This document shows, piece after piece, positions 30,491-40,240 of a stretch of 64,000 nucleotides of DNA. Under the pieces are notes generated by a model. It worked only from the letters and a program-made list of their open reading frames with translations, had not been told where the DNA came from and did no database searches. This stretch comes from an uncultured Alphaproteobacteria bacterium (lineage in GTDB: Bacteria > Pseudomonadota > Alphaproteobacteria > Rhizobiales > Hyphomicrobiaceae): contig CAVZEC010000012.1 of the NCBI GenBank assembly GCA_963774165.1, forward strand, positions 375,089-439,088, in the 5' to 3' direction. The translations under genes and the position numbers were made by a program. Each line of letters opens with the position of its first letter. Within the stretch, counting starts at the first letter, position 1.

Positions 30491-32068
30491 ATGGCGCCAC
30501 CAGCCGTCCGACGCGCCGACTTTCTGATGGCGCTAGCCTATGCGACCGACTTGGCCACCGGACAGTCGCGAGATTTCGCGCTGCGGTCCTGCGTGCTGGC
30601 GATGCGGCTTGCGGAGGCTGCCGGCCTCGATGTCGATCAGCGCCGCAATGTCTATCATCAGGCGCTGCTCCGCTACATCGGGTGCAACGCCGATACCCAC
30701 CTGCTGGCGTCGGCGTTCGGCGACGAGATCGCCCTTCGCCAGGACCTGGCCCGCATCGATATGGGCAACCACTCCGAAATCGCCGAGACCTTCGTGCGCG
30801 CCTTCACCCGATACTTCGCCGACATGCCGCCCGACGAATTGGCCAAGGCCGTCCAGCAAGGCCTTTCAGAAGCCCTGCAGATCAGCGTTCCGATTCTCGC
30901 CGGCCACTGCGAGGTGGCCCAGAGGATCGGGCAGCGGATCGGCCTGTCCCAAGAGATGCGCGACAACCTCGGCCAGCTCTATGAGCGCTGGGACGGACAT
31001 GGACTGCCGCGGGGCCTCAAGGGCGACGAGGTGAAGCTTGCGGTCCGTCTCGTGACGCTGGCCCAGGATGTGATCGCGGTGAGTGAGGCCTATGGCTTCG
31101 AGGCCATGACCTCGATCATCGCCAAGCGCCGCGGCGGCGCCTATGAGCCGGAGCTGGCCGACCTCTTTCTCGCCGACGCCGCGAGCCTGCTCGAGGGCAT
31201 CGATGGAGCGGTCGACCGCGAGACGATCCTGGCGCTGGAGCCGGTTCCCCACAGCGTTCTCGACGCGGAGGGCTGCGAGGAAGCCTACCTGGCAATCGCC
31301 GACATGGTCGACATGAGGATGCCCTTCACGTTCGGCCATTCGCGCGGGGTTGCCGCGCTCGCGGATGCAGCTGCCAAGCACATGGGTCTCCCGCCCTCGG
31401 ACATTCGCGAGCTGCGCTGGGCAGCGTACACCCATGATATCGGCGAGCTGGCGGTGCCTGTCTCGACATGGATGCGAGCCAGCGCGCTTACGATACGCGA
31501 GACCGATGCGGCGCGGCTTCATCCCTATCATGGCGAGCGCGCGCTGGCGTCATTGGGCGGGGAGGGCAAATCCGTAGCGGCGCTGGTCCTGCGCCATCAC
31601 GAGCACCTCGACGGCAGCGGCTATCACCGTTACGTCCGCGGCAACGACCTCTCGCCGGCCGCCCGCATCCTTGCCGCTGCCGAGGCCTTCCAGACTGCCC
31701 GGGAAGCGCGGCCCCACAGGCCTGCGCTCAGCGATGCAGCTGCGGCCGCAAAACTGCGAAACGCGGCAAGGGATGGCAAGCTTTGCAGCCAGGCCGTGGA
31801 AGCGGTCCTCACGTGCGCCGGCCAGGCGTCGCGCCGGGGAGCACCCGAGCGCTCGGCGGGCCTGACGCCGCGCGAGACCGAGGTCCTGCGGCTGATCGCG
31901 GCCGGGCATACGGCAAAGGAGGCGGCCCGTCTCCTCGAGATCGCGCCCAAGACCGCCGACAACCATATCCAGAATCTCTATTCCAAGATCGGCGTCACCA
32001 CCAGGGCCGCCGCGGCTCTCTACGCCCTCGAGCGCGGCCTGATGCAGCCGGCAACGTCCGCGGCCTGA
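30491..32068 (+). CDS. tandem HD-GYP-like domains fused to a C-terminal LuxR-type HTH
   Basis: The second module carries GHSRGVA...YTHDIGELAV...HPYHGERA...RHHEHLDGSGYHR (HD-GYP-like, with GYH in place of GYP). The first module is degenerate (ERWDGHGLPRG). The C-terminus, LTPRETEVLRLIAAGHTAKEAARLLEIAPKTADNHIQNLYSKIGV, is a LuxR/GerE HTH. Confidence 0.8.
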   Translation: MAPPAVRRADFLMALAYATDLATGQSRDFALRSCVLAMRLAEAAGLDVDQRRNVYHQALLRYIGCNADTHLLASAFGDEIALRQDLARIDMGNHSEIAETFVRAFTRYFADMPPDELAKAVQQGLSEALQISVPILAGHCEVAQRIGQRIGLSQEMRDNLGQLYERWDGHGLPRGLKGDEVKLAVRLVTLAQDVIAVSEAYGFEAMTSIIAKRRGGAYEPELADLFLADAASLLEGIDGAVDRETILALEPVPHSVLDAEGCEEAYLAIADMVDMRMPFTFGHSRGVAALADAAAKHMGLPPSDIRELRWAAYTHDIGELAVPVSTWMRASALTIRETDAARLHPYHGERALASLGGEGKSVAALVLRHHEHLDGSGYHRYVRGNDLSPAARILAAAEAFQTAREARPHRPALSDAAAAAKLRNAARDGKLCSQAVEAVLTCAGQASRRGAPERSAGLTPRETEVLRLIAAGHTAKEAARLLEIAPKTADNHIQNLYSKIGVTTRAAAALYALERGLMQPATSAA

Positions 32069-32945
32069 AGCAAGATCATTTCTGATCGAGGAACGTGAAT
32101 CCTGCCCTCTAATACCGGCGAGCGAAAGCTCTAACTCGTGATGACCATCGAGGGTCAACGCGACCGCGACATCGCCCTGAGCTTGTCGAAGGGCGGCGGC
32201 GGGCTCCACGCGTGCTTCGCTACGAATATTGCACCAGCACGAAGCAGCCGCAGTTTCTGGCGGAGAAACGCCTTACACCGGCGCGTAATCGCAAGGCCTC
32301 AGCCTGATCGCGTCCGATCTCAGTGAGGCGTGCCGGGACACTGCACAATCGCTGACGCGAAGCATCTTGGCAGGCGAGGCCTCGTGGCGTCTCAGGGCCG
32401 GGCACGTGGACTTTCTGGCGCTTTAGGCGGCACCGATCAGTCGTCAAACGCTCGGATGCGGCCAAACTTAGTGTGCTCCCCAGCGATGGATGGTCAAGAG
32501 CACGCCTCCCGCGCGCTCCGACGACACCGAGCATGCTGGTTCTAGCCGGATTCATCACTTCGCGGCAAAGACGTCTGGCTGATGGCAGAATTGATACTGC
32601 TGGTCGAAGCTGCTCATTGCGACTGAGGCTCCGTGATTCCATCCGAAGCGATCCGGCTCTAGGGAATCCTCCTCATGTGCCGGCAGAGCGTTGCCGGCAT
32701 TGTGCAGAGGCGCAGTCGCACAAAGCGCGACGACACCTCTCACAAAGGACGAGCCGGATGATGCTCGCGACGACGAAGGTCGAGAATTTCGATCGCCTCT
32801 TGAAATCTTCTCGACCAAAGGCGCCGAGAAGCGACGGCTCTGACCGTTTGCTCCCTTTGCCCCTGGGCGCCGCCTGCTTCAGCTCCGCCGAGTGCGGGCA
32901 GCGTCGACAACTGGCCTGCAACCCCAACAGAGGACTGCGATACCC

Positions 32946-33260
32946 ATGAAGTACATGCTCACCTGGAACGAACGTCCGCAAGGCTCGCCGATGGAGTACG
33001 AGAATGCCCAGAAGCGGATCTTGGAGGTCTTCACCCAGTGGAAGGCGCCCGCCAACTTCAAGATCGAGCTGTTCGTCATACGCGTGGGCGACTGGGGCGG
33101 GTACATGATGCTGGACTGCGACGATCCGTTGGCGGTCCACAAGTTCTGCTCGATGCTGCCTGCTTTCGTATTCGAGGCGCGGCCGGTGGTTCCCGTCATG
33201 GACGCGGTCCGGGTCGAGCTCGAAGCGATCGGCTTCCGCGACGCGCTCAAGGCCAAGTAG
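32946..33260 (+). CDS. DUF3303-like small protein
   Basis: The ATG at 32946 is inside ORF 32892..33260. The sequence is MKYMLTWNERPQGSPMEYENAQKRILEVFTQWKAPANFKIELFVIRVGDWGGYMMLD..., a ferredoxin-like small-protein pattern. Confidence 0.6.
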   Translation: MKYMLTWNERPQGSPMEYENAQKRILEVFTQWKAPANFKIELFVIRVGDWGGYMMLDCDDPLAVHKFCSMLPAFVFEARPVVPVMDAVRVELEAIGFRDALKAK

Positions 33261-33369
33261 CGCCGGAGCGCCTCATCCGACTCGCGGCAACCGGCGGCAG
33301 CGGTTTTGACGCCTGCGGGAAGGCGCCGCTCATATCGAGCAGCGCTTTCTGTCAGTGTTCCCCGCCCAG

Positions 33370-34260
33370 CTAGCCGCGCTTGGCGCGATCGAGCCCGGCC
33401 ATCTCCTCGTAGACCGCGCATACGGCGGCGGTGTCGTCGGCGCCGTGGCCGGTCGCGAGCACGGCCGCATGCAGCGATGCCGACAGGCCGAACAGCGGCG
33501 TCGGGCAGGCGAGGCTGGAGGCGAAGTCGCCGATCACGGTCAGGTCCTTGGTCCAGGTGGCCGAGCGCATGCTGGCGGGGAGATAGGTGCTCTCGGCCAT
33601 CATGGGCGCGCGCAGCTCGAACACGCGCGAGGTGCCGGCGCCGGAGCTCACGACCTCCACGATCCGGTGCGGGTCGAGACCGGCCTTCATGCCGAGCACC
33701 ATCGCCTCGGCGGCGGCGACGTTGTGGATCGCCACCAGGTGGTTGGCGACGAACTTCATCTTGCTGCCGTTGCCGAAGGCGCCGAGGTCGTGGACCTTGC
33801 GCGCGAAGCCCAGGAACGCCGGCTCGAGCCGCTTGATGGCCGCCGCGTCGCCGCTGGCATAGACGACGAGGTCCTTCACCTTCGCCTGCGCGCCGGTGCC
33901 GGAGATCGGGCAATCCAGCGCCGTGTGGCCGGCCGCGGCGAGGATGCGCTGCACCTCGCTCTTGTCGGCCAGCGCCAGCGTGCTGGTCTCGATGACGGTG
34001 CGGCCCTTCGTTTGCACCGCAGCAATAGCCTGCGCCGTCTCGCGCACGGCCCCCGGCGTGGGCAGGCTGGTGATGATGTCGCTCGCCGCCTCGGCCACGG
34101 CCGCCGCGTCGGCCACGATCTCGATGCCGGCCGCCCGCGCCTCCTCGCACCTGGCAGGCTCCACGTCGCAGCCGACCACCCTCCAGCCGGCGGCGGCGAG
34201 GTTCTTTGCGAACGCCCCGCCCATGATGCCGAGGCCAATGACGCCGATGGTCTTGTGCAT
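33370..34260 (-). CDS. NAD(P)-dependent 3-hydroxyisobutyrate dehydrogenase family oxidoreductase
   Basis: The Rossmann motif IGVIGLGIMGGAFAKNL is present. SGTGAQA and GNGSKMKFVANHL are typical of the 6PGDH-like beta-hydroxyacid dehydrogenases. Confidence 0.85.
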   Translation of the reverse strand: MHKTIGVIGLGIMGGAFAKNLAAAGWRVVGCDVEPARCEEARAAGIEIVADAAAVAEAASDIITSLPTPGAVRETAQAIAAVQTKGRTVIETSTLALADKSEVQRILAAAGHTALDCPISGTGAQAKVKDLVVYASGDAAAIKRLEPAFLGFARKVHDLGAFGNGSKMKFVANHLVAIHNVAAAEAMVLGMKAGLDPHRIVEVVSSGAGTSRVFELRAPMMAESTYLPASMRSATWTKDLTVIGDFASSLACPTPLFGLSASLHAAVLATGHGADDTAAVCAVYEEMAGLDRAKRG

Positions 34261-34414
34261 GCGTTTGCCTCGCTCGGGGTGGATGCGAAAATTGCAGCCC
34301 AGGGGCGCTCGGTTGTCAGCTTACGTCGATTGCCTATGCCGCCCAAGGCGGTTATGCAGCGGCAGGAACATCAACTCTCCGCTCAGCCGCTGATGCCGCC
34401 CCCGATCCCGCACG

Positions 34415-35644
34415 TTGGTCCTTTCGATGCACCAGGCCGCCACGCTTGCCGTCCCGCAGCGCCGCAACGTGACGGTGCTGGCCCTGGCGCAGGGCCTGTT
34501 CATATCGATCCAGGGCATGGGCGCGGCCGCCACGCCGCTCGCCGGCTACGCGCTGCTCGGGACGGAGGAGAAGTGGCTGGCGACCGTGCCGGTGTTCCTG
34601 ATGCAGCTCGGCATCATGCTGGCGACGATCCCGGCCTCCTTCCTGATGGCGGCGATCGGCCGCCGCGGCGGCTTCTCCGTCGGCGCGCTGCTCGGGGTTC
34701 TGGCCGGGCTCATCGGCTGCGCGGCGCTCTATAGCCAGAGCTTTCCGCTGCTGTGCCTCGCCGCCTTGTTGCAGGGCATGCAGGCGGCGTTCTTCTGGTA
34801 CTTCCGCATGGCCGCCGCGGACGCGACTGAGCCGGGCTACCGCGCCAAGGCCATCTCGCTCGTGATGGCGGGCGGCGTGCTGGCGGGCTTCCTCGGGCCG
34901 CAGACCGCCAAGTGGTCGGTGGACTGGCTGGCGCCGGTGACTTTCGCCGGCGTGTACGTCGCCATGGCCGGCTTCTCGATTGCCGTGCTGGCGCTGATCC
35001 AGCTGCTGCGGATCCCGGGCCTCACCACCGCGGAGCGGAGCGCCGGCGGCCGGCCTCTGCGCCAGATCGCCCGCCAGCCGGCCTACCGCGTGGCGCTCGC
35101 CTCCTCCGTGTTCGGCTACGCGGTGATGACGCTCACCATGTCGGCGACGCCTCTGGCCATGCTGGCGTGCGGCTTCCACTTCGTCGACAGCGCCACCGTC
35201 ATACAGGCGCACATCGTGGCGATGTTCCTGCCCTCGTTCTTCACCGGCCACCTGATCGCACGCTTCGGCGTGCTGCCGATGATCGTCGCGGGCGGCCTGA
35301 TCGAGCTCGGCGGCGCTCTCACCAATCTCGCCGGCGTCGACTTCGGCAACTTCATGGTCGCCAACGTCCTGATCGGGCTCGGCTGGAACTTCGCCTACGT
35401 CGGCGGATCGACGCTGCTCACCACGACCTACGCGCCCGCCGAGCGCGCCAAGGTGCAGGCGAGCCACGATTTTACCGTCTACGCGGCAACCGCCTCTGCG
35501 GCGGCTCTGTCGGGCGTACTGCAGGCCAAGGCCGGGTGGACGGTCATCAACCTGGCCGCACTGCCGCTGATGGCCGTGCTGATCTCCGCGGGACTGTGGC
35601 TGATGGCGCGCCAGCGACGCATGGCCACGGCTCCCGCCGAATAG
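34415..35644 (+). CDS. MFS transporter
   Basis: 409 aa with about 12 TM segments in a two-times-six arrangement. Confidence 0.8.
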   Translation: MVLSMHQAATLAVPQRRNVTVLALAQGLFISIQGMGAAATPLAGYALLGTEEKWLATVPVFLMQLGIMLATIPASFLMAAIGRRGGFSVGALLGVLAGLIGCAALYSQSFPLLCLAALLQGMQAAFFWYFRMAAADATEPGYRAKAISLVMAGGVLAGFLGPQTAKWSVDWLAPVTFAGVYVAMAGFSIAVLALIQLLRIPGLTTAERSAGGRPLRQIARQPAYRVALASSVFGYAVMTLTMSATPLAMLACGFHFVDSATVIQAHIVAMFLPSFFTGHLIARFGVLPMIVAGGLIELGGALTNLAGVDFGNFMVANVLIGLGWNFAYVGGSTLLTTTYAPAERAKVQASHDFTVYAATASAAALSGVLQAKAGWTVINLAALPLMAVLISAGLWLMARQRRMATAPAE

Positions 35645-35658
35645 CCGAATTCGGCTAT
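35641..35658. repeat. perfect 18-bp palindrome ATAGCCGAATTCGGCTAT
   Basis: It is self-complementary over all 18 nt. It overlaps the MFS stop codon (35642-35644) and lies 10 nt before the ATG at 35668. Confidence 0.7.
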
Positions 35659-35667
35659 AGTTCGCGC

Positions 35668-36006
35668 ATGGGCGATCGCTACGACAGGAACCTCAAGCGG
35701 CCTCGGCACCCCGCGCTGCGCGGCCTGAAGCCTCCCTCCGATATCATCGCCTGGGGGCTGCCGGCGCGTATCGGCCACAACCAGGGCCCACCGCTGGAGG
35801 AGCCGCCGGCCGATGCCTTCGTGCGCTGGCGTTGGCGCAAGGCCTACAAGGAAGCCTGGAAGAACCCGCCGCTGTCGGTCCTCAAGCTGCGCGTGGCGCG
35901 CGCCGAGGCCGCCGGCGTGAGCTATCGCGAGTACATGCTCGAGCTGCTCGACACCGGCCGCCACCTGCAGGCCGGCGACGCAGCAAAGCGAGGCGGGAAG
36001 AAGTGA
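35668..36006 (+). CDS. small basic hypothetical protein (112 aa)
   Basis: The in-frame ATG at 35668 is in the tail of ORF 34912..36006. The sequence is MGDRYDRNLKRPRHPALRG...IGHNQGPPLEEPPADAFVRWRWRKAYKEAWK...VSYREYMLELLDTG. Its composition is protein-like, unlike the upstream part of that ORF. Confidence 0.5.
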   Translation: MGDRYDRNLKRPRHPALRGLKPPSDIIAWGLPARIGHNQGPPLEEPPADAFVRWRWRKAYKEAWKNPPLSVLKLRVARAEAAGVSYREYMLELLDTGRHLQAGDAAKRGGKK

Positions 36007-36039
36007 GGCCGCGCCTGGACGCTCCTTGCAACGTCGCTT

Positions 36040-36687
36040 CTAGGCCAGATAGCTGCTGAGACGCTTGCCCGGCAGCAGATCGTAGGGCGCCCTCCAGCCG
36101 GGGAGCGCGGCTATTCGGCCAGCCCACGCATGAATGGCCGGATGACTGGCGGCGAGATCGTATCCGGCTTCCTCCTTCGGAAAAGACAGATAGCCGATCA
36201 TGGAGACGTCCGCGATCGTGGGTGCGTCGCCCACGACGAAGTCGCGATCGCCAAGATGCCGATCCAGGATCCCCAGGTAGTCGTCGATGCGCTTGCGCAT
36301 GAACGTCAGCACGTGCGGGTCGGGCGACGGCGTAAACGCGCGCTGGTAGCGATAGGTCGCCAGGTATCCGGTGAGCTTGTGGTTGTCCCAGAACAGCCAG
36401 CGCAGGATTTGGAATTTCTCCTCGGCGTCCTTGCCGCCGAACCGCTGGTAGCGCTCGGCCAGTCGCATCAGTATCGGGGCCGTCTGAGTGAGGCGCGCTC
36501 CGTCCTCCTCCAGGACGGGAATTTCGCCCATCGCATTGACCGCCTTGCGCCACTCCGCCGTCCGCGTCACGCCACCGCCGAAATCGGTCCACACGGGCTC
36601 GAAACTCTGCCCGCACAGAGTGAGCATGAGCGCGAGCTTGTAGCTGTTCCCGGACTCGGGGAAATAGTGCAGTCGGTATGTCGTCAT
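36040..36687 (-). CDS. glutathione S-transferase
   Basis: YRLHYFPESGNSYKLALML...GEIPVLEEDG is a GST N-terminal thioredoxin-like fold. The C-terminal alpha domain contains DFVVGDAPTIADVS. Confidence 0.85.
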   Translation of the reverse strand: MTTYRLHYFPESGNSYKLALMLTLCGQSFEPVWTDFGGGVTRTAEWRKAVNAMGEIPVLEEDGARLTQTAPILMRLAERYQRFGGKDAEEKFQILRWLFWDNHKLTGYLATYRYQRAFTPSPDPHVLTFMRKRIDDYLGILDRHLGDRDFVVGDAPTIADVSMIGYLSFPKEEAGYDLAASHPAIHAWAGRIAALPGWRAPYDLLPGKRLSSYLA

Positions 36688-36967
36688 GGTCGGATGTCTC
36701 GTCTTCAATTCCGCGTGCCGCCAGCACTACCCCGACCGGTAGGCTGAAATCACGCCCCAAGTTCCGGCGCGTGCACATGGGCCGTCTCGCAGCCTGAGTC
36801 CGGCCCGGCATCGGCTCGCAAGACCTGCTGCCGATATCGGATATCCAGTTAGCACATTCTTTACCGAGCCCTTCTCCGCCGCTGCGTGCGGGTCATCCGC
36901 GTGACCGGATTGCAACCGGATCTTCACACAAGGGGCCCTTCATCAGCCCGATGGGCCTGCCTTGGCA

Positions 36968-37787
36968 ATGAGGTTTTCGAGCGTGCCGTTCACTCGCACG
37001 TGCGTCCTGGCGCTGGGTTGCGTTCGTCGCCGCCGCCTCGGCGGCTCCCGCGACGGCCGAAACGCTGAAGCTCGGCGGCACCGGCACCGCGACCGAGTTG
37101 CTCAAGCGTCTCGGCGCGGTCTTCAAGGCCGACAGCGGTGTCGAGGTCGTGGTGGTTCCCAGCCTGGGCAGCAGCGGCGCCATTCGCGCGGTCATCGACG
37201 GCGCGCTTGATCTCGCCGTCACCGGCCGGGCCCTGAAGCCGGAGGAGGCCGCCAAGGGCCTGACCGTTGCGTTCACCGCGCGCACTCCCTTCGTGCTCGC
37301 CACGTCGCACCCCAATCCCGACGGACTGGCGCTCGCCGACATCGCCAATGCATTCCGATCCGAGCGCGCCACCTGGAGCGACGGCAGCCCGATCCGAGTG
37401 ATCCTGCGGCCGCGCGCGGAGAGCGACACGACGCTCATGGGCGAGCTGTTCCCCGGCGTTGCGTCGGCGATCGCGATTGCCCGCCTCCGGCCCGACATCC
37501 CGGTGGCCGCTACCGACCAGGACAACGCCGACATGGCCGAGCAAACGCCGGGCTCGCTCGTCGGATCGACGTTGACGCAGCTCGCGCTGGAAGAGCGCAA
37601 TCTGCGCGTGGTGCCGATCGAAGGCGTCGCTCCGACGTTCGAGAATTTCGAGCGCGGTCTCTATCGATACGCAAAGCCGCTGAACTTCATCGTGCCGGCG
37701 CGACCGGCGCCGCTCGTCGAGCGCTTCCTCGCGTTCCTGCGCTCTCCCGCGGGCCAGCGCGTGCTGCGTGAAGCACGTGTGCTGTGA
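36968..37787 (+). pseudogene. PstS-like periplasmic phosphate-binding-fold protein, +1 frameshift in the signal peptide (~37016)
   Basis: MRFSSVPFTRTCVLAL is in one frame. VAFVAAASAAPATAETLKLGGTGTATELLKRLGAVFKADSGVEVVVVPSLGSSGAIRAVIDGALDLAVTGRALKPEE... is in the next frame (that of ORF 37098..37787). That second frame has no upstream start codon, so the signal peptide exists only if one G of the GGG at 37015-37017 is ignored. Confidence 0.7.
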
Positions 37788-40000
37788 AGGCGCGCCCCGC
37801 ATCGATCCCCGAGCTCCCCAAGCCTCTGCGGGCGATCATCGGCAGGGTCGGCCTCGGCGTGGCGCTGCTGTGCGGCTTGCTCGGTCCGGTCGTCTACGGG
37901 ACATTCGAATACTTCGAGCGGGCGGACTTCCTGGAGTTCAAGGCGAGCCTCAACGCCAGCCAGCTCGCCAAGTACATCTATGCGCACGAGACACTGTGGC
38001 AATATCAGAGCGTGCGGCTGGCCGAGCTCATCGAGCTGCCGCGTGTCGACCAGGAACCTCTGCGCCAGCGGGTATTCGACGCGCCGGGAGAGTGGTCCTC
38101 GAACAGGGGCCGGCAATCTCGGGGCCCGCGCTTCGGCGCAGCGCGCCCATCCTCGTCAGGGGAAGCGTGGTTGGCCGCGTGGAGGCGGAAGCCAGCCTCG
38201 CGCCGCTCTTTGCCGAGGTCGGCTGGGTGGCGCTCATCAGCTCCGCGCTGGGGCTGTGCGCCTACCTTGTCTTCCGGGTCGTGCCCTATGCGTGTCCTCG
38301 ACCGGACGCTCGGTGAGCTCGCAACGCAGAATGCCCGGTTCGACTCGGCTCTCAACAACATGTCCCAGGGCCTCAGCATGTTCGATCGCGAGCAGCGGCT
38401 GGTGGTCTGCAACGAGCGCTATGCGGAACTCTACGGGCTGCCGCCGGAGCTGACACGACCGGGAACGACGCTCCAGGCAATCCTCCATCACCGCGTCGCC
38501 AACCACCTCTACGCCGTGGCCTCGCCGCAGGACCACGCCGACGAGCTGCTATCGACCATCGGCGACAATCTGCCCCTCATCAGGATCGTCGAGCTTTCGG
38601 ACGGCCGCGCGCTCGTCGTCAAGCGCCAGCCGATGGCGGACGGGGGATGGGTCGCCACGCACGAGGACATCACCGAGCAGCGCCGCATCGAGGCGCGCAT
38701 CGCGCACATGGCACATCACGACGCCCTGACCGATCTGGCCAACCGCGTATTGCTGCGCGAACGGCTGGAGGAGGCGCTCGAGCGCAGGCCGCGCGACGAC
38801 AAGGTGGCCGTGCTGTGCATGGACCTCGACCGGTTCAAGGAAGTGAACGACACCCTCGGCCACCCGATGGGCGACGCGCTGCTGAAGGCGGTCGCCCAGC
38901 GCCTGTGCGGCTGCGTGCGCGAAGCCGACATCGTCGCCCGCGTCGGCGGCGACGAGTTCGCGATCCTGCAGCAGGCCGCGGGCCAGCCCGCCAGCGCGAC
39001 TGCCCTCGCCAAGCGCGTGATCGACGCCGTCAGCATGCCCTACGAGCTGGACGGCCACCGGGTCGTGCTCGGCACCAGCGTGGGCATCGCGGTGGCGCCG
39101 GAGGACGGCACCGAGCCGGACAGGCTCCTCAAGCACGCCGATCTCGCGCTCTATCGCGCCAAGGGCGACGGCCGCGGCACCTTCCGCTTCTTCGAGCGCG
39201 GCATGGATGCGGCGGCGCAGGCCCGTCGCAAGCTGGAGCTCGACCTGCGCACCGCATTGAGCACGGGCGCCTTCGAGCTCTACTACCAGCCGCTCGTCGA
39301 TCTCGACCGCAACGAGGTGAGCGGCTTCGAGGCGCTTGTGCGCTGGAACCACCCGGAGCGAGGCTTGATCCCGCCCGGCGACTTCATTCCGCTGGCGGAG
39401 GAGACCGGACTGATCGTGCCGATCGGCGAATGGGTGCTGCGGCGGGCCTGCGTCGAAGCCGCCGGCTGGCCGGAGCAGGTCAGGGTTGCCGTCAACCTGT
39501 CGGCGCTGCAGTTCAACGCCAACAATCTGGTGGAGCTGGTGTTCAGCGCGCTCAGCGCGTCGCAGCTCGCCGCCAGCCGGCTGGAGCTCGAGATCACCGA
39601 AACCGCCCTGCTGGACAACACCGACTGCACGTTCGCCATCCTGAAGCGGCTGCGCGAGATGGGCGTGCGCATCTCGCTCGACGATTTCGGCATCGGCTAT
39701 TCATGCCTGAGCTACCTGCGGCGCTTCCCGTTCGACAAGATCAAGATCGATCGCTCCTTCATTCGCGACATGGGCAGCGATCAGCAATCGGTGGCCATCG
39801 TCCAGGCGGTCATCGGTCTGGGGGCGAGCCTGGACATGGAGACGGTGGCGGAGGGCGTCGAGTCGCGCGACGAGCTCGATTGCCTGCGTGCGTTCGGTTG
39901 CACGGAGGCGCAGGGCTTCTTCATCAGCCCGCCTCGACCTGCCGGCGAGGTCGCCCTGATGCTCGCCACCGTGCGCGGCAGGATCGAACTCGCCGCCTGA
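37784..40000 (+). pseudogene. membrane sensor PAS-GGDEF-EAL protein (c-di-GMP turnover) with two offsetting frame changes (~38084-38091 and 38287)
   Basis: The GGDEF (RVGGDEFAIL) and EAL (EALVRWNHP...DDFGIGYS...KIDRSF) domains are clear. Between ~38090 and 38287 the listed 738-aa frame reads R/S/P-rich nonsense. The adjacent frame (ORF 37768..38316) reads VVLEQGPAISGPALRRSAPILVRGSVVGRVEAEASLAPLFAEVGWVALISSALGLCAYLVFRVVP, a plausible second TM segment with visibly higher GC3. The GTG start overlaps the upstream stop (GTGA). Confidence 0.85.
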
Positions 40001-40133
40001 GCGCGGATGACGCCGCCGCTTCACCGGGCGCGCCGTGCCTGCGGCCGTCCACCGCTGCTCCAAACGACGTATTTCTCGTATTAACAAAGGCTTGACCGGA
40101 ACCGACCAGGTGTCGCGCTGGCGTTAACTCGGG

Positions 40134-40162
40134 TTGTCACACAGCTATTACATTACTGCGCT
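40134..40162 (+). promoter_or_regulatory. candidate Pho box upstream of pstS
   Basis: TTGTCACacagCTATTACattaCTGCGCT has 7-nt half-sites at 11-bp periodicity, resembling the CTGTCAT-N4-CTGTCAT PhoB site. It lies about 80-110 nt upstream of the pstS ATG. Confidence 0.4.
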
Positions 40163-40240
40163 CTACCAGGCCCGCGATTGAGCCGTCTGGCCGGGCATGG
40201 CGCCTGCGCACTCGGCTCGCCAACGCAGGTGAGGTGATAA

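Noticed and set aside
29221-30984. 587-aa plus-strand ORF spanning several small genes
   Set aside because: It is R/P/G-rich. It crosses the antisense of a membrane-protein gene and then runs out of frame through the small secreted-protein gene and the start of the HD-GYP/LuxR gene, all of which have better-supported readings.
33355-34734. 459-aa plus-strand ORF overlapping the dehydrogenase and the MFS start
   Set aside because: It is antisense to the clearly Rossmann-fold dehydrogenase gene, and its composition is R/G/A/H-rich.
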